Source of the DNA: Squalus acanthias
Lineage: Eukaryota
DNA length: 64,000 bases
Direction: 5' to 3'
Assembly (NCBI GenBank): GCA_030390025.1
Contig: CM059431.1
Coordinates: forward strand, 143,718,001 to 143,782,000
This document shows, one piece after another, positions 1 through 12,495 of the stretch. The notes under the pieces are model-generated. The model saw only the letters and a program-made list of their open reading frames with translations. It ran no database searches and had not been told where the DNA came from. Position 1 is the stretch's first letter; the number at the start of each line of letters is the position of its first letter. The translations under genes were made by a program, and so were the position numbers.

Positions 1-220
1 AATGTGGAACTTGCTATAATATTGAGTATTTGAGGCAATTAGTATGCATGCATTTTAGGGGAAGCTGTATAAGCACAAGAGACAGAAAGAATAAAAGGAT
101 ATGCAGGTAGTCTTAAATGAAGAGGGGTTGGAAGAGGCTCGTCTGGAGCATAAATGCCGACACCGGCCAGTTAGGCCGAGTGGGTTCTTTCTGTGCTATA
201 AACACTATATAACTCCATAG
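1..220 (+). mobile_element. CR1-type LINE 3' end fragment
   Basis: A degenerate WNxL-type RT tail followed by a ggccgagtggg...ttctgtgct 3' UTR like the other CR1 ends in this window. Confidence 0.6.
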
Positions 221-404
221 CAAAATACTGCAGGTACTATATAACTCCATGTCACTAAATCAGGTGGACAGCGAACTGATCAATGAACACAGTCCGCTGC
301 TCAGTCTCTCGGACTCCCATGTGTTGCTCAGCTTCAAATTCTCCCTGGAAACAAATTGAAATGTTGTCTGAGGCTCAGCATTGAAGTATTAACGTATCTT
401 TTCA

Positions 405-965
405 ATGCTCTCCTGGCCAATATCCCATCTTGCAATCTCCGTGAACTTGAGTTCATCCAATAACTCTGTTATCCGTAACCTAACTCCCGCCAAGTCCCGT
501 TCGCTCATCACCCCTGTGCTCGCTCACCTATATTGGCTCCCGGTCAGGCAACACATCGACTTAAAAATTCTCAACTTTTTTTTCAAATGCCTCCATGGCC
601 TCGCCCTTCCCTATCTCAGTTACCTCCGCTCGTCCTACAACTCTCCGAGACCTCTGCACTCTGCCAATTCCGGCCTCTTGCGCTTCCCTGATTCCAGTCG
701 CTCCACCATTGGCATTCGTGCCTTCAGCTGCCGAGGTCCTCAGCTCTCGAATTCCCTCCCTAAACCTCTCCGCTCTCTAACTCTCTCTTTCCCTCTTTAA
801 AACACTCCTTAAAACCTGCCTATTCGATCAAGCTTTTGATCACCTGTCCTATTATCTCATTATGTGTCTTGGTGTTAAATTCTTGTCTGATGACGATCCT
901 GTGGATGTCTTGGACGTTTTATTACATTAAAGTCGATGCTTAAATGCAATTTGATATTGTTGTTG
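405..965 (+). mobile_element. L2-type LINE 3' fragment
   Basis: Encodes ITPVLAHLYWLPV...RAFSCRGPQLSNSLP, typical of the L2 ORF2 C-terminus, and ends in a (ttg)n tail. Confidence 0.8.
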
Positions 966-3900
966 TGTGTGTGTATCCACAGATGCTGAATGTTTGTAGC
1001 ATTTTCTGGTTCTCCTTCACAATTAAAGCAACATAAATGTATTTATTTATTTATTTTCTTCCTATTGCGACTCATAAGGTTTGAAATTATTTAGAAACCC
1101 ATTATAAATAAAAGGCAAATAATCTACTGAATTAATTTTCCTATACTGCCAAGAAGACAATGCACGCCATCTTTAAACGGTGATATTTTATTTTAATATA
1201 GTTTATCATGTTATATTTCAAAACTAAAACGTTGGTTATACAAGGAAAAACTAATAGTTTATTTCAAATACCTATCGACCTATAAATCAGACTGTGGAAA
1301 TCCGAAAACGCACAATCCATTCAGGGTATTGTGTCAATTTGGTAGCAATGATGCACTTGGTAAATGTGTAAAAGGTAATGGAGTAATAAGACTAAATACT
1401 TAAGGAATTGATTCACCTGTAACAGTTATTCGCATCACTAATGACGTTACACAGGCTGATATGACAAGAGAAGATGTATCTGATTTAATAGATGTTGAGA
1501 TTGATATTGTACTGACCAGAGAAGATGTATCTGATTTAATAGATGTTGAGATTGTTATTGTACTGACCAGAGAAGATGTATCTGATTTAGTAGATGATAA
1601 AAGTGCTATTGTACTGACCAGTGAATATGTAACTGATTTAATAGATGGTGAAGGTGCTATTTTACTCACCAGAGAAGATGTATCATTTTGTAGATGGTGA
1701 GAGTGTTATTTCACAGATCAGAGAAGATGTTTCTGAATTAGTAGATGGTGAAGGTGCTATTGTACTGACCAGAGAACATGTATCTGATTTAGTAAATGAT
1801 GAAGGTGCTATTGTACTGATCAGAGAAGATGTTTCTGCTTTAGTAGATGGTGCGGCTGTTATTGTACTGATCAGAGAAGATGTATCTGATTTAGAAAGTG
1901 ATGCAGGTGCTTTTGTACTGACCAGAGAAGATGTTGCTGCATTAGTATATGGCGAAGTTGTTATTGTAATGACCAGAGAATATGTTTCTGATTTAGTAGA
2001 TTTTGAAGTTGCTATTTTACTGACGAGAGAAGATGTATCTGATCTAGTAGAATGTGTGGGTGCTATTGTACTAACCAGAGAAGATGTATCTGATTTAGTA
2101 GATGGTGAAGGTGTTATTGTACTGAGCAGAGAAGATGTATCTCATTTAGTAGATGGTGAGAGTATTATTGTACTGACCAGAGAAGGTGTTTCTGATTTAG
2201 TAGATGGTGAGAGTGTTATTGTACTGAACAGAGAAGGTGTTTCTGATTTAGTAGATGGTGAGAGTGTTATTGTACTGACCAGAGGAGGTGTATCTGATTT
2301 AGTAGATGGTGAAGGTGTTATTGTACTGACCACAGAAGATGTATCTGATTGAGTAGATGGTGAAGGTCCTATTGTACTGACCAGAGAAGGTGTATCTGAT
2401 TTAGTAGATGTTGAGAGTGTTATTGAAATGACCAGAGAAGATGTATCTGATTTAGTAGATGGTGAAGGTGCTATTGTACTGACCAGAGAAGATGGTTCTG
2501 ATTTAGTAGATGGTGAGAGTGTTATTGTACTGACCAGAGAAGGTGTATCTGATTTAGTAGATGGTGAAGGTGCTATTATACTGACCAGAGAAGATGTATC
2601 TGATTTAGTAGATGGTGAAGGTGTTATTGTACTGACCTGAGAAGATGTATCTGATTTAGTAGATGGTGAGGGTGGTATTGTACTGACCAGAGAAGATGCA
2701 TCTGATTTAGTAGATTTTGAAGGTGTTATTGTACTGACCAGAGAAGGTGTATCTGATTTGGTAGATTTTGAAGGTGTTATTGTACTGACCAGAGAAGGTG
2801 TATCTGATTTGGTAGATGGTGAGTGTGTTATTGTACTGACCAGAGAAGGTGTATCTGATTTAGTAGATGGTGAAGGTGCTATTTTACTGACCAGAGAAGG
2901 CATATATGATTTAGTAGATGGTGAATTTGCTATTGCACTGACCAGAGAAGGTGTATCTGATTTAGTATAAGGTGAGGTTGTTATTGTACTGATCAGAGAA
3001 GGTGTATCTCATTTAGTAAATTGTGAAGATTTTATTTTACTGACCAGAAAAGATGTATCTGATTTAATAGATGGTGAAGGTGTTATTGTACGGACAAGAG
3101 AAGATGTATCTGATTTAGTAGATGGTGAAGGTTTTATTGTACTGACAAGAGAAGATGTATCTGATTTAGTAGATGGTGAGAGTGTTATTGTACTGACCAG
3201 AGAAGGTGTATCTGATTCAGTAGATGGTGAGGTGGTTATTGTACTGATCAGAGAAGATATATCTCATTTAGTAAATGGTGAAGGTGTTATATTGTACTGA
3301 CCATAGAAGATGTATTTGATTTAGTAGATGGTGAAGGTCCTATTGTACTGACCAGAGAAGGTGTATCTGATTTAGTAGATGTTGAGAGTGTTATTGAAAT
3401 GACCAGAGAAGATGTATCTGATTTAGTAGATGGTGAAGGTGCTATTGTACTGACCAGAGAAGATGGTTCTGATTTAGTAGATGGTGAGAGTGTTATTGTA
3501 CTGACCAGAGAAGGTGTATCTGATTTAGTAGATGGTGAAGGTGCTATTATACTGACCAGAGAAGATGTATCTGATTTAGTAGATGGTGAAGGTGTTATTG
3601 TACTGACCTGAGAAGATGTATCTGATTTAGTAGATGGTGAGGGTGGTATTGTACTGACCAGAGAAGATGTATCTGATTTAGTAGATTTTGAAGGTGTTAT
3701 TGTACTGACCAGAGAAGGTGTATCTGATTTGGTAGATTTTGAAGGTGTTATTGTACTGACCAGAGAAGGTGTATCTGATTTGGTAGATGGTGAGTGTGTT
3801 ATTGTACTGACCAGAGAAGGTGTATCTGATTTAGTAGATGGTGAAGGTGCTATTTTACTGACCAGAGAAGGCATATATGATTTAGTAGATGGTGAAGGTG

Positions 3901-5169
3901 CTATTGCACTGACCAGAGAAGGTGTATCTGATTTAGTATAAGGTGAGGTTGTTATTGTACTGATCAGAGAAGGTGTATCTCATTTAGTAAATTGTGAAGA
4001 TTTTATTTTACTGACCAGAAAAGATGTATCTGATTTAATAGATGGTGAAGGTGTTATTGTACGGACAAGAGAAGATGTATCTGATCTAGTAGATGGTGAA
4101 GGTTTTATTGTACTGACAAGAGAAGATGTATCTGATTTAGTAGATGGTGAGAGTGTTATTGTACTGACCAGAGAAGGTGTATCTGATTCAGTAGATGGTG
4201 AGGTGGTTATTGTACTGATCAGAGAAGATATATCTCATTTAGTAAATGGTGAAGGTGTTATATTGTACTGACCATAGAAGATGTATTTGATTTAGTAGAT
4301 GGTGAAGGTGCTATTGTACTGACCAGAGAAGATGTATCTCATTTAGCAGATGGTGAAGGTGTTATTGTACTGATCAGAGAAGATGTATCTGATTTAGTAG
4401 ATGGTGAAGGTGCTATTGTACTGATCAGAGAAGATGTATCTGATTTAGTAGATGGTGAAGATTTTATTGTACTGACCAGCGAAGATGTTTCTGATTTAGT
4501 AGATGGTGAAGGTGGTTTTGTTCGGAGCAGAGAAGATGTTTCTGATTTAGTAGATGGTAAGGGTGTTATTGTACTGACCAGAGAAGGTGTATCTGATTTG
4601 GTAGATGGTGAAGGTGCTATTGTACTGATCAGGGAAGGTGTATCTGATTTAATAGATGGTAAAGGTGTTATTGTACTGACCAGAGAAGGTGTATCTGATT
4701 TAGTAGATGGTGAAGGTCTTATTGTACTGACCAGCGAAGATGTTTCTGATTTAATAGATGGTGAAGGTGCTATTGTACTGACCAGAGAAGACATGTCTGA
4801 TTTAGTAGAAGGGGAAGGTGTTATTGTACTGACCTGAGAAGATGTATCTGATTTAGTAGATTGGGAAGGAATTATTGTAATGACCTGAGAAGATTTATCT
4901 GATTTAGTAGAAGGGGAAGGTGTTATTGTACTGACCTGAGAAGATGTATCTGATTTAATAGATGGTGAGAGTGTTATTGCACTGACCAGAGAAGATGTAT
5001 CTGATTTAGTAGATGGTGACGGTGTTACTGTACTGACCAGAAAAGATGTATCTGATTTAGTAGATGGTGAGAGTGTTATTGCACTGACCAGAGAAGATGT
5101 ATCTGATTTAGTAGATGTTGAAGGTTTTATTGTACTGACCAGAGATGGTGTATCTGATTTAGTAGATTG

Positions 5170-5275
5170 TGAGAACAGAGTTAGCTCTCTCCACGGATGC
5201 TGCCTGGCCGCTGAGTCTTTCCAGCGTTTCCTGTTGTTATTTCGGATTTCCAGCATCCGCAGTATTTTGCTATCG
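5170..5275. mobile_element. ~100-bp short interspersed (Penelope-type) repeat fragment inserted in the 51-bp array, copy 1
   Basis: The array is interrupted by ...ccacggatgctgcctggccgctgagtctttccagc...ggatttccagcatccgcagtattttgc. The same tail recurs at ~41420-41452. Confidence 0.75.
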
Positions 5276-6549
5276 TATCTAATTTAGTAGATGATAAAGG
5301 TGCTATTATACTGACCAGTTCAGATGTATTTGATTTAGTAGATGGTGAAGGTGCTATTGTACTGACCAGTGAAGATGTATGTGATTTAGTAGATGGTGAG
5401 GGTGTTATTTTACTGACCAGAGCAGATGTATCTGATTTAGTAGTTGATGAAGATGTTATTGTGCTGACCAGAGAAAATGTATCTGATTTGTTAGATGAAT
5501 AAGGTGTTATTGTACTGACCAGAGAAGGTGTATCTGATTTAGTAGATGGTGAGGGTGTTATTTTACTGACCAGAGCAGATGTATCTGATTTAGTAGTTGG
5601 TGAAGTTGTTATTGTGCTGACCAGAGAAAATGTATCTGATTTGTTAGATGAATAAGGTGTTATTGTACTGACCAGAGAAGGTGTATCTGATTTAGTAGAT
5701 GGTGAGGGTGTTATTTTACTGACCAGAGCAGATGTATCTGATTTAGTAGTTGATGAAGATGTTATTGTACTGACCAGAGAAAATGTATCTGATTTGTTAG
5801 ATGAATAAGGTGTTATTGTACTGACCAGAGAAGGTGTATCTGATTTAGTAGATGGTGAGGGTGTTATTTTACTGACCAGAGCAGATGTATCTGATTTAGT
5901 AGTTGGTGAAGTTGTTATTGTACTGACCATAGAAGGTGTTTCTGATTTAGTAGATGGTGAAGGTGCTATTGTACTGACCATGGAAGGTGTTTCTGATTTA
6001 GTAGATGGTGAAGGTGCTATTGTGTCAACTAGAGAAGGTGTATCTGATTTAGTAGATGGTGAAGGTGCTATTGTACTGACCAGAGAAGATGTATCTCATT
6101 TAGTAGATGGTGAGAGTGTTATTGCGCTGACCAGAGAAGATGTATCTGATTTCGTAGGTGGTGAAGGTGCTATTCTACTGCCCAGAGAAGATGTATCTGA
6201 TTTAGTAGATGGTGAAGGTGTTATTGTACTGACCAGAGAAGATATATCTGATTTAATAGATGGTGAAGGTGCTTTTGTACAGACCAGAGAAGGTGTATCT
6301 GATTTAGTAGATGGGGAAGGTGTTATTGTACTGACCTGAGAAGATGTATTTGATTTAACAGATGGTGACGGTGTTATTGTACTGACCAGAGAAGATGTGT
6401 TTGATTTAGTAGAAGGGGAAGGTGTTATTGTACTGACCAGAGAAGATGTATCTGATTAGTAGATGGTGAGAGTGTTATTGCACTGACCAGAGAAGATGTA
6501 TCTGATTTAGTAGATGTTGAATGTTTTATTGTATCTGATTTAGTAGATT

Positions 6550-6655
6550 GTGAGAACTGAGTTAACTCTCTCCACGGATGCTGCCTGGCCGCTGAGTCTT
6601 TCCAGCGTTTTCTGTTGTTATATCGGATTTCCAGCATCCGCACTATTTTGCTGTC
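6550..6655. mobile_element. Same ~100-bp inserted repeat, copy 2
   Basis: Near-identical to 5170-5275, with the same left junction (gatttagtagattgtgagaac). Confidence 0.75.
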
Positions 6656-7326
6656 GTATCTGATTTAGTAGATGGTGAAGGTGCTATTATACTGACAAGT
6701 AAAGATGTATCTGATTTAGTAGATGGTGAAGGTGCTATTGTACTGACCAGAGAAGATGTATCTGATTTAGTATATGGTGAAGGTGCTATTGTACTGACCA
6801 GTGAAGTTGTATCTGATTTAGTAGTTGTTGAAGATGTTATTGTACTGACCAGAGAAAATGTATCTGATTTGGTAGATGAATAAGGTGTTATTGTACTGAC
6901 CAGAGAAGGTGTATCTGATTTAGTAGATGGTGAAATTGTTAAGGATTGACCAGAGAAGATGTATCTGATTTATTAGATGTTCGATGTGCTATTGTACTGA
7001 CCAGATAAGATGTATCTTATTTAGTAGATGGTGAAGTTGTTATTTTTACTGACCAGAGAAGATGTTTCTGGAATAGTAGTTGGTGAAGCTGTTTTTGTAC
7101 TTACCAGACATGATCTATCTGACTTAGTAGATGGTGAGATTGTTATTGCACTGACCATAGAAGGTGCATCTGATTTAGTAGATGGTGAAGGTGCTACTCT
7201 TCTCATCAGGGAAGAAGAATCTATGCTTAAAGATATTGAGCTGCTATTGAAATTGGGAGATGATGTTTCTGAATTAATAGATGATGAAGCTGTTACTCTA
7301 CTGGCCTGGGGATGATGTATCCTGAT

Positions 7327-10300
7327 TTAGGAATGATGAACGTGCTGTAGTACGGACCTGAATGTTGTAGCCTGATTAGTAGATGAGAGTGGTACTATAT
7401 TGAACTGGGATAGCGTAGCCTGATTAATAGATGATGATGGTGCTGTATTGATCTGGGATGGTGTAATCTGATTTATAGATGATGGTGATGCTGTATTGAC
7501 CTGGGATGGTGTAATCTGATTTATAGAGGATGATGGGGCTGTATTGACCTGGGATGGTGTAATCTGATTTATAGATGATGGTGGTGCTGTATTGACCTGG
7601 GATGGTGTAATCTGATTTATAGATGATGGTGGTGCTGTATTGACCTGGGATGGTGTAGTCTGATTTATAGATGATGTTGGTGCTGTATTGACCTGGAATG
7701 GTGTAGTCTGATTTATAGATGATGCTGGTGCTGTATTGACCTGGAATGGTGTAGTCTGATTTATAGATGATGATGGTGCTGCATTGACCTGGGATGGTGT
7801 AGTCTGATTTATAGAGGATGATGTTGTTATATTGACCTGGGATGGTGTGGTCTGCTTTATAGATGATGAACGGACTCTAGCACTGTCCTGCGATGTTTTA
7901 GATACCGCAAAAGTTAATGTCGACGCTGAATTTAAAGCCGGAAGCAGCATTGGTCTCATAGTGACAGCTGATGACTGTTGCATGGTTCTACCTGTCAGGG
8001 AGGGTGGAAACACATTGTTGTTTTCGGTCGATGATGGGGCCCTTGCCTTGTTGGAAGACGGAGGCACATTCACACTGTACAAGCTGGGCACACTCGCACT
8101 GCTCACGATAGGCACAGTCTCACTGGTCACAATGGGCACACTCGCACTGCTCACGATAGGCACAGTCTCACTGGGCACGGTGGGCACAGTCTCACTGTTC
8201 ACGATGGGCACAGTCCCACTGTTCAAAATGGACATCGTTTCACTGGTCACGATGGGCACAGTCTCACTAGTCACGTTGTGCACAGTGTCAATGGGCACGA
8301 TGGGCAGAGTCTCACTGGTCACGATGTGCACCGTCTCAGTGATCACGATGGGCACAGTCTCACTGGGCACGATAGGCAAAGTCTCACTGGTCACGATGGG
8401 GACAGGCTCAGTTTTCACGATGGGCACACTCGCACTCCTCACGATTGGCACAGTCTCACTGGTCATGATGGGCACCGTGTCAATTTTTACGATGGGCACA
8501 GTCTCACTGGTCACGATGGGCACAGTGTCACTGGTCACGATGGGCACAGTGTGAGTGGTCACGATGGGCACAGTCTCACTGGTCACGATGGGCACAGTGT
8601 CACTGGTCACGATGGGCACAGTGTGAGTGGTCACGATGGGCACAGTCTCACTGGTCACGATGGGCAGAGTCTCAGTGGTCACGATGGGCACAGTCTCACT
8701 GGTCACGATGGTCACAGTCTCACTGGTCACAATGGGCACAGTCTCACTTGTCACGATGGGCACAGTCTCAGTGGTCACGATGGTCACAGTTTCACTGGTC
8801 ACGATGGGCACAGTCTCACTGGGCACGATGGTCACAGTCTCACTGGGAACGATGGGCACAGTCTCACTGGTCACGATGGGCACAGTCTGAGTGTTCACGG
8901 TGGGCACAGTCTCACTGGGCACGATGGGCACAGTCTCACTGGTCACGATGGGTACAGTCTCACTGGTCACTATGGGGACAGTCTCAGTGTTCACGATGGG
9001 CAAAGTCTCACTGGTCACGATGGGCACAGTCTCACTGGTCACGATGGGGACAGTCTCAGTGTTCACGATGGGCCAAGTCTCACTGGTCACGATGGGCAGA
9101 GGCTCACTGGTCACGATGGGCACAGTCTCACTGGTCACGATGGGCAAAGTCTCACTGGTCACGATGGGCACAGTCTCACTGGTCACGATGGGCACAGTCT
9201 CATTGGTCACGATGGGTACAGTCTCACTGGTCACGATGGGCACAGCATCAGTGTTCACGATGGGCACAGTGTCACTGGTCACGATGGGCACAGTCACAGT
9301 GTTCACGATGGTGACGGTCTCACTGGTCACGATGTGCACAGTCTCAGTGTTCACGATGGGCACAGGCTCACTAGTCACGATGTGCTCAGTCTCAGTGTTC
9401 ACGATGGGCGCAGTCTCACTTGTCACGATGGGGACAGTCTCAGTGGTCACGATGGGTACAGTCTCACTGGTCACGATAGGCACAGTCTCAGTGGTCACGA
9501 TGGGCACAGTCTCACTGGTCACGATGGGTACCGTCTCACTGGTCTCGATGGGCAGAGTCTCAGTGGTCACGATGGTCACAGTCTCACTGGTCACGATGGG
9601 CACAGTGTCAGTGGTCACGATGGGCACAGTCTCACTGGTCACGATGGCCACAGTCTCACTGGTCACGATAGGCACAGTCTCACTGGTTACGATGGGCACA
9701 GTCTCACTGGTCACGATGGGCACAGTCTCAGTGGTCACGATGGGCACCGTCTCACTGGTCACGATGGGCACAGTCTCACTGATCACGATGGGTACAGTCT
9801 CAGTGGTCACGATGGGTACAGTCTCACTGGTCACGATGTGCACAGTCTCAGTGGTCACGATGGGTACAGTCTCACTGGTCACGATGGGCACAGTCTCAGT
9901 TGTCACGATGGGTACAGTCTCAGTGGTCACGATGGGCACATTCTCACTGGTCACGATGGGTACAGTCTCAGTGGTCACGATGGGTACAGTCTCACTGGTC
10001 ACGATAGGCACAGTCTCAGTGGTCACGATGGGTACAGTCTCAGTGGTCACGATGGGCACATTCTCACTGGTCACGATGGGCACAGTGTCACTGGTCACGA
10101 TGGGCACAGTGTCAGTGGTCACGATGGGGACAGTCTCACTGGTCACGTTGGGCACAGTCTCACTGGTCACGATGGGCACAGTCTCACTGGTCACGATGGG
10201 CACATTCTCACTGGTCACGATGGGTACAGTCTCAGTGGTCACGATGGGTACAGTCTCACTGGTCACGATAGGCACAGTCTCAGTGGTCACGATGGGTACA

Positions 10301-11483
10301 GTCTCAGTGGTCACGATGGGCACATTCTCACTGGTCACGATGGGCACAGTGTCACTGGTCACGATGGGCACAGTCTCAGTGGTCACGATGGGGACAGTCT
10401 CACTGGTCACGTTGGGCACAGTCTCACTGGTCACGATGGGCACAGTCTCACTGGTCACGTTGGGCACAGTCTCACTGGTCACGATGGGCACAGTCTCACT
10501 GGTCACGATGGGCACAGTCTCACTGGTCACGTTGGGCACAGTCTCACTGGTCACGATGGGCACAGTCTCAGTGGTCACGATGGGGACAGTCTCACTGGTC
10601 ACGTTGGGCACAGTCTCACTGGTCACGATGGGCACAGTCTCACTGTTCACGATGGGCACAGTCTCACTGGTCACGATGGGCACAGTCTCACTGGTCACGA
10701 TGGGTACAGTCTCACTGGTCACGATGTGCAAAGTCTCACTGGTCACGATGGGCACAGTCTCACTGGTCACGATGGGTACATTCTCACTGGTTACGATGGG
10801 CAGAATCTCCATGGTCACGATGGGCACAGTTTCACCGGTCACGACGGCTACAGTCTCACTGGTCACAATGGGCACAGTCTCAGTGGTCACGATGGGCACA
10901 GTCTCACTGATCACGATGGGCACAGTCACACTGATCACGATGGGCACAGTCTCACTGGTTACGATGGGCACATTCTCACTGTTCACGATGGGCACAGTCT
11001 CACTGGTCACGATAGGCACAGTCTCACTGGTTACGATGGGCACATTCTCACTGTTCACGATGGGCACAGTCTCACTGGTCACGATAGGCACAGTCTCACT
11101 GGTCACGATGGGCACAGTCTCACTAGTCACGATGAGCACAGTCTCACTGGTCATGATGGGAATGGTCACACTGGTCATGAAGGGCACAATCGCACTGATC
11201 CAAGAATCCATAATTGTGGATAAACTGGAAGCCACTAAGGATGCTGTAGAAGTTGGAGGCTGGGCTGTTGAACTGGGCTGTTGACCTGATCTACCAAGGG
11301 AAGAGGAGGTTTCCATTGATGCAGGGTGATTGGGCGATCGAGGCGCAGTTGAACTTCTCATGGACGTGGTTGTACTTTTGATGCGGTGGTTCACAATCCT
11401 GGAGTTGATAGAAAGTGGATTCTGGGATTCGCTGAGCGTCGGCAGCCCATTGGTCGCGGAATGCGCTCTGGTCATAGTTGTCA
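7327..11483 (-). CDS. Giant mucin-like (PTS-rich) exon, probable final coding exon of the cobalamin-binding protein gene
   Basis: Strong acceptor TTGTTTCTCCTACTTTGCACAG (AG at 11484-85), phase 1 and in frame with exon 6. The frame is open to TAA at 7327-29 and encodes ~1385 aa dominated by TSETVPIV and QVNTAPSSSINQITPS repeats. The link to exon 6 is inferred from phase and adjacency. Confidence 0.72.
7360..7870. repeat. 48-bp coding tandem repeat (QVNTAPSSSINQITPS on minus strand), ~10 copies
   Basis: Unit tgtattgacctgggatggtgtaatctgatttatagatgatggtggtgc. Confidence 0.93.
8090..11190. repeat. 24-bp coding tandem repeat (TSETVPIV on minus strand), roughly 125-130 copies
   Basis: Unit cactggtcacgatgggcacagtct, repeated with no frame-breaking indel. 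Confidence 0.97.
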
Positions 11484-11564
11484 CTGTGCAAAGTAGGAGA
11501 AACAATGTCAATAGATTATTGGAGGCAACGGGCAGTAAAGTTGGACATGGGCGAAGACGGAAAA

Positions 11565-11720
11565 CTGGGGGAATCACATTTGCCAACCGTTTTGCAACAC
11601 GCCTGATATTCGGTTCTGTTGGAAATAGTGGAATGAATATCGGGGTTTATAAAGAAAGAAACGGGCGACCGATGACATACCGTCGGTTTTGCGGCCCTGC
11701 TCTTGTCGAATTTCACCCAC
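11565..11720. mobile_element. Palindromic MITE-like short repeat
   Basis: Similar to 12496-12674: acacgcc(t/c)gatattc...gaatatcgg...gttttgcg...tgtcgaatttcacc. Confidence 0.55.
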
Positions 11721-12039
11721 AACTTCTGGAGACACGCTCAGAATCAGCGCATGTGAAAAGTGGAGCTCAGGCACAAACCAGCTCTGCATTCCAGTTAGTG
11801 CGACCATTGTCATATGTGAAGATCCCTGAGGATATCTACATTGGTGAACCTCCCGCTGGGAGTGAGGCCAAGCAGATGGCTCAGGGCGTCCAATTATTTC
11901 ACTTAGAAAACTGAGCAAACATAAAGGATTCAGGAAGGTCAAGGTGTGAATGGGTAAAATCCCAGCTTCAGTGCTCCTGGCAAATACCCTGGAGAAAATA
12001 TCATGAAACTGGACGGTGATTTAAAACTAACAGACGATG

Positions 12040-12260
12040 AATTGTTATGATCTGGAATGCACTGACTGAAAGTGTGGTGGAAGCAGATTCAAAGTCATTT
12101 CAAAGGGGATTTAGATAAATATTTATAGAGGAAAACTGCAGGACTATGGGGAGAGGGCAGGGCACTGGAACTAATTGGATTGCTCTTTCGAAGCGCCGAC
12201 ACAGGCACTATGGGTCGAATGGCCTCATTCTACACTGTTTCCTTCCATGATTCATTTCCA
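12040..12260 (+). mobile_element. CR1-type LINE 3' end fragment
   Basis: tggaatgcactg...gtggtggaagcagattca...ggg(t)cgaatggcct 3' end motif. Confidence 0.7.
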
Positions 12261-12495
12261 TTGGCTATTTCTTCTGCATTTTGATTCCTAACCCCATGCG
12301 AGTAGCTTCCCATCTGTACAGCCTGGGAGCAGCGCATCCAGGAAATTCTTGATCTCAGCTTTGCATTCTGGGAACGGAACCTGCCCGATTTTCCTTCCGT
12401 TATTTTCGTTGCAGCTTCTGTTCGGGCCGTGTAACCTTCCCGTCACATTCTCCCTTATTTACCCCGCCTATGCAGCTCTTAAAGCTGAGAGGCGT

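Larger units (their letters stand above)
1460..7320. repeat. 51-bp tandem repeat, ~110 copies; decayed PTS-coding array (SLVSTITPSPSTKSDTS on minus strand) downstream of the mucin stop
   Basis: Unit gaagatgtatctgatttagtagatggtgaaggtgttattgtactgaccaga. Minus-strand ORFs are broken by TCA>TGA variants (tctcattta), small indels and two insertions. Confidence 0.95.

Noticed and set aside
245..345. Possible downstream exon after acceptor-like TTTGTTTCCAG (minus strand) that might encode the beta domain
   Set aside because: The phase-1 frame stops at once, and the other frames show no beta-domain motifs.
1461..7315. Plus-strand acidic repeat ORFs (DVSDLVDGEGVIVLTRE)
   Set aside because: They are fragmented by stops, lack gene context, and are antisense to the PTS frame continuous with the mucin exon.
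8278..11284. Plus-strand 981-aa His/Gly-rich (DGHSLTGH) and 797-aa (MGTVSLVT) ORFs, tempting as metal-binding proteins
   Set aside because: They are antisense shadows of a stop-poor 24-bp repeat. The minus frame is the longest, joins all repeat blocks to unique PTS sequence and has a fitting splice acceptor.
11484..11586. Apparent signal peptide (LLTLFLLLCT) at the start of the 1419-aa ORF, suggesting a standalone mucin gene
   Set aside because: The ORF call starts at TTG with no in-frame ATG before the hydrophobic stretch. That stretch is just the translated polypyrimidine tract of the acceptor at 11484-86.
11616..11725. Possible 45-nt phase 1-1 micro-exon (11681-11725) and alternative acceptor at 11616
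   Set aside because: Both are frame-compatible but largely overlap a MITE-like repeat also seen at 12496-12674, so they are left out of the model pending RNA evidence.
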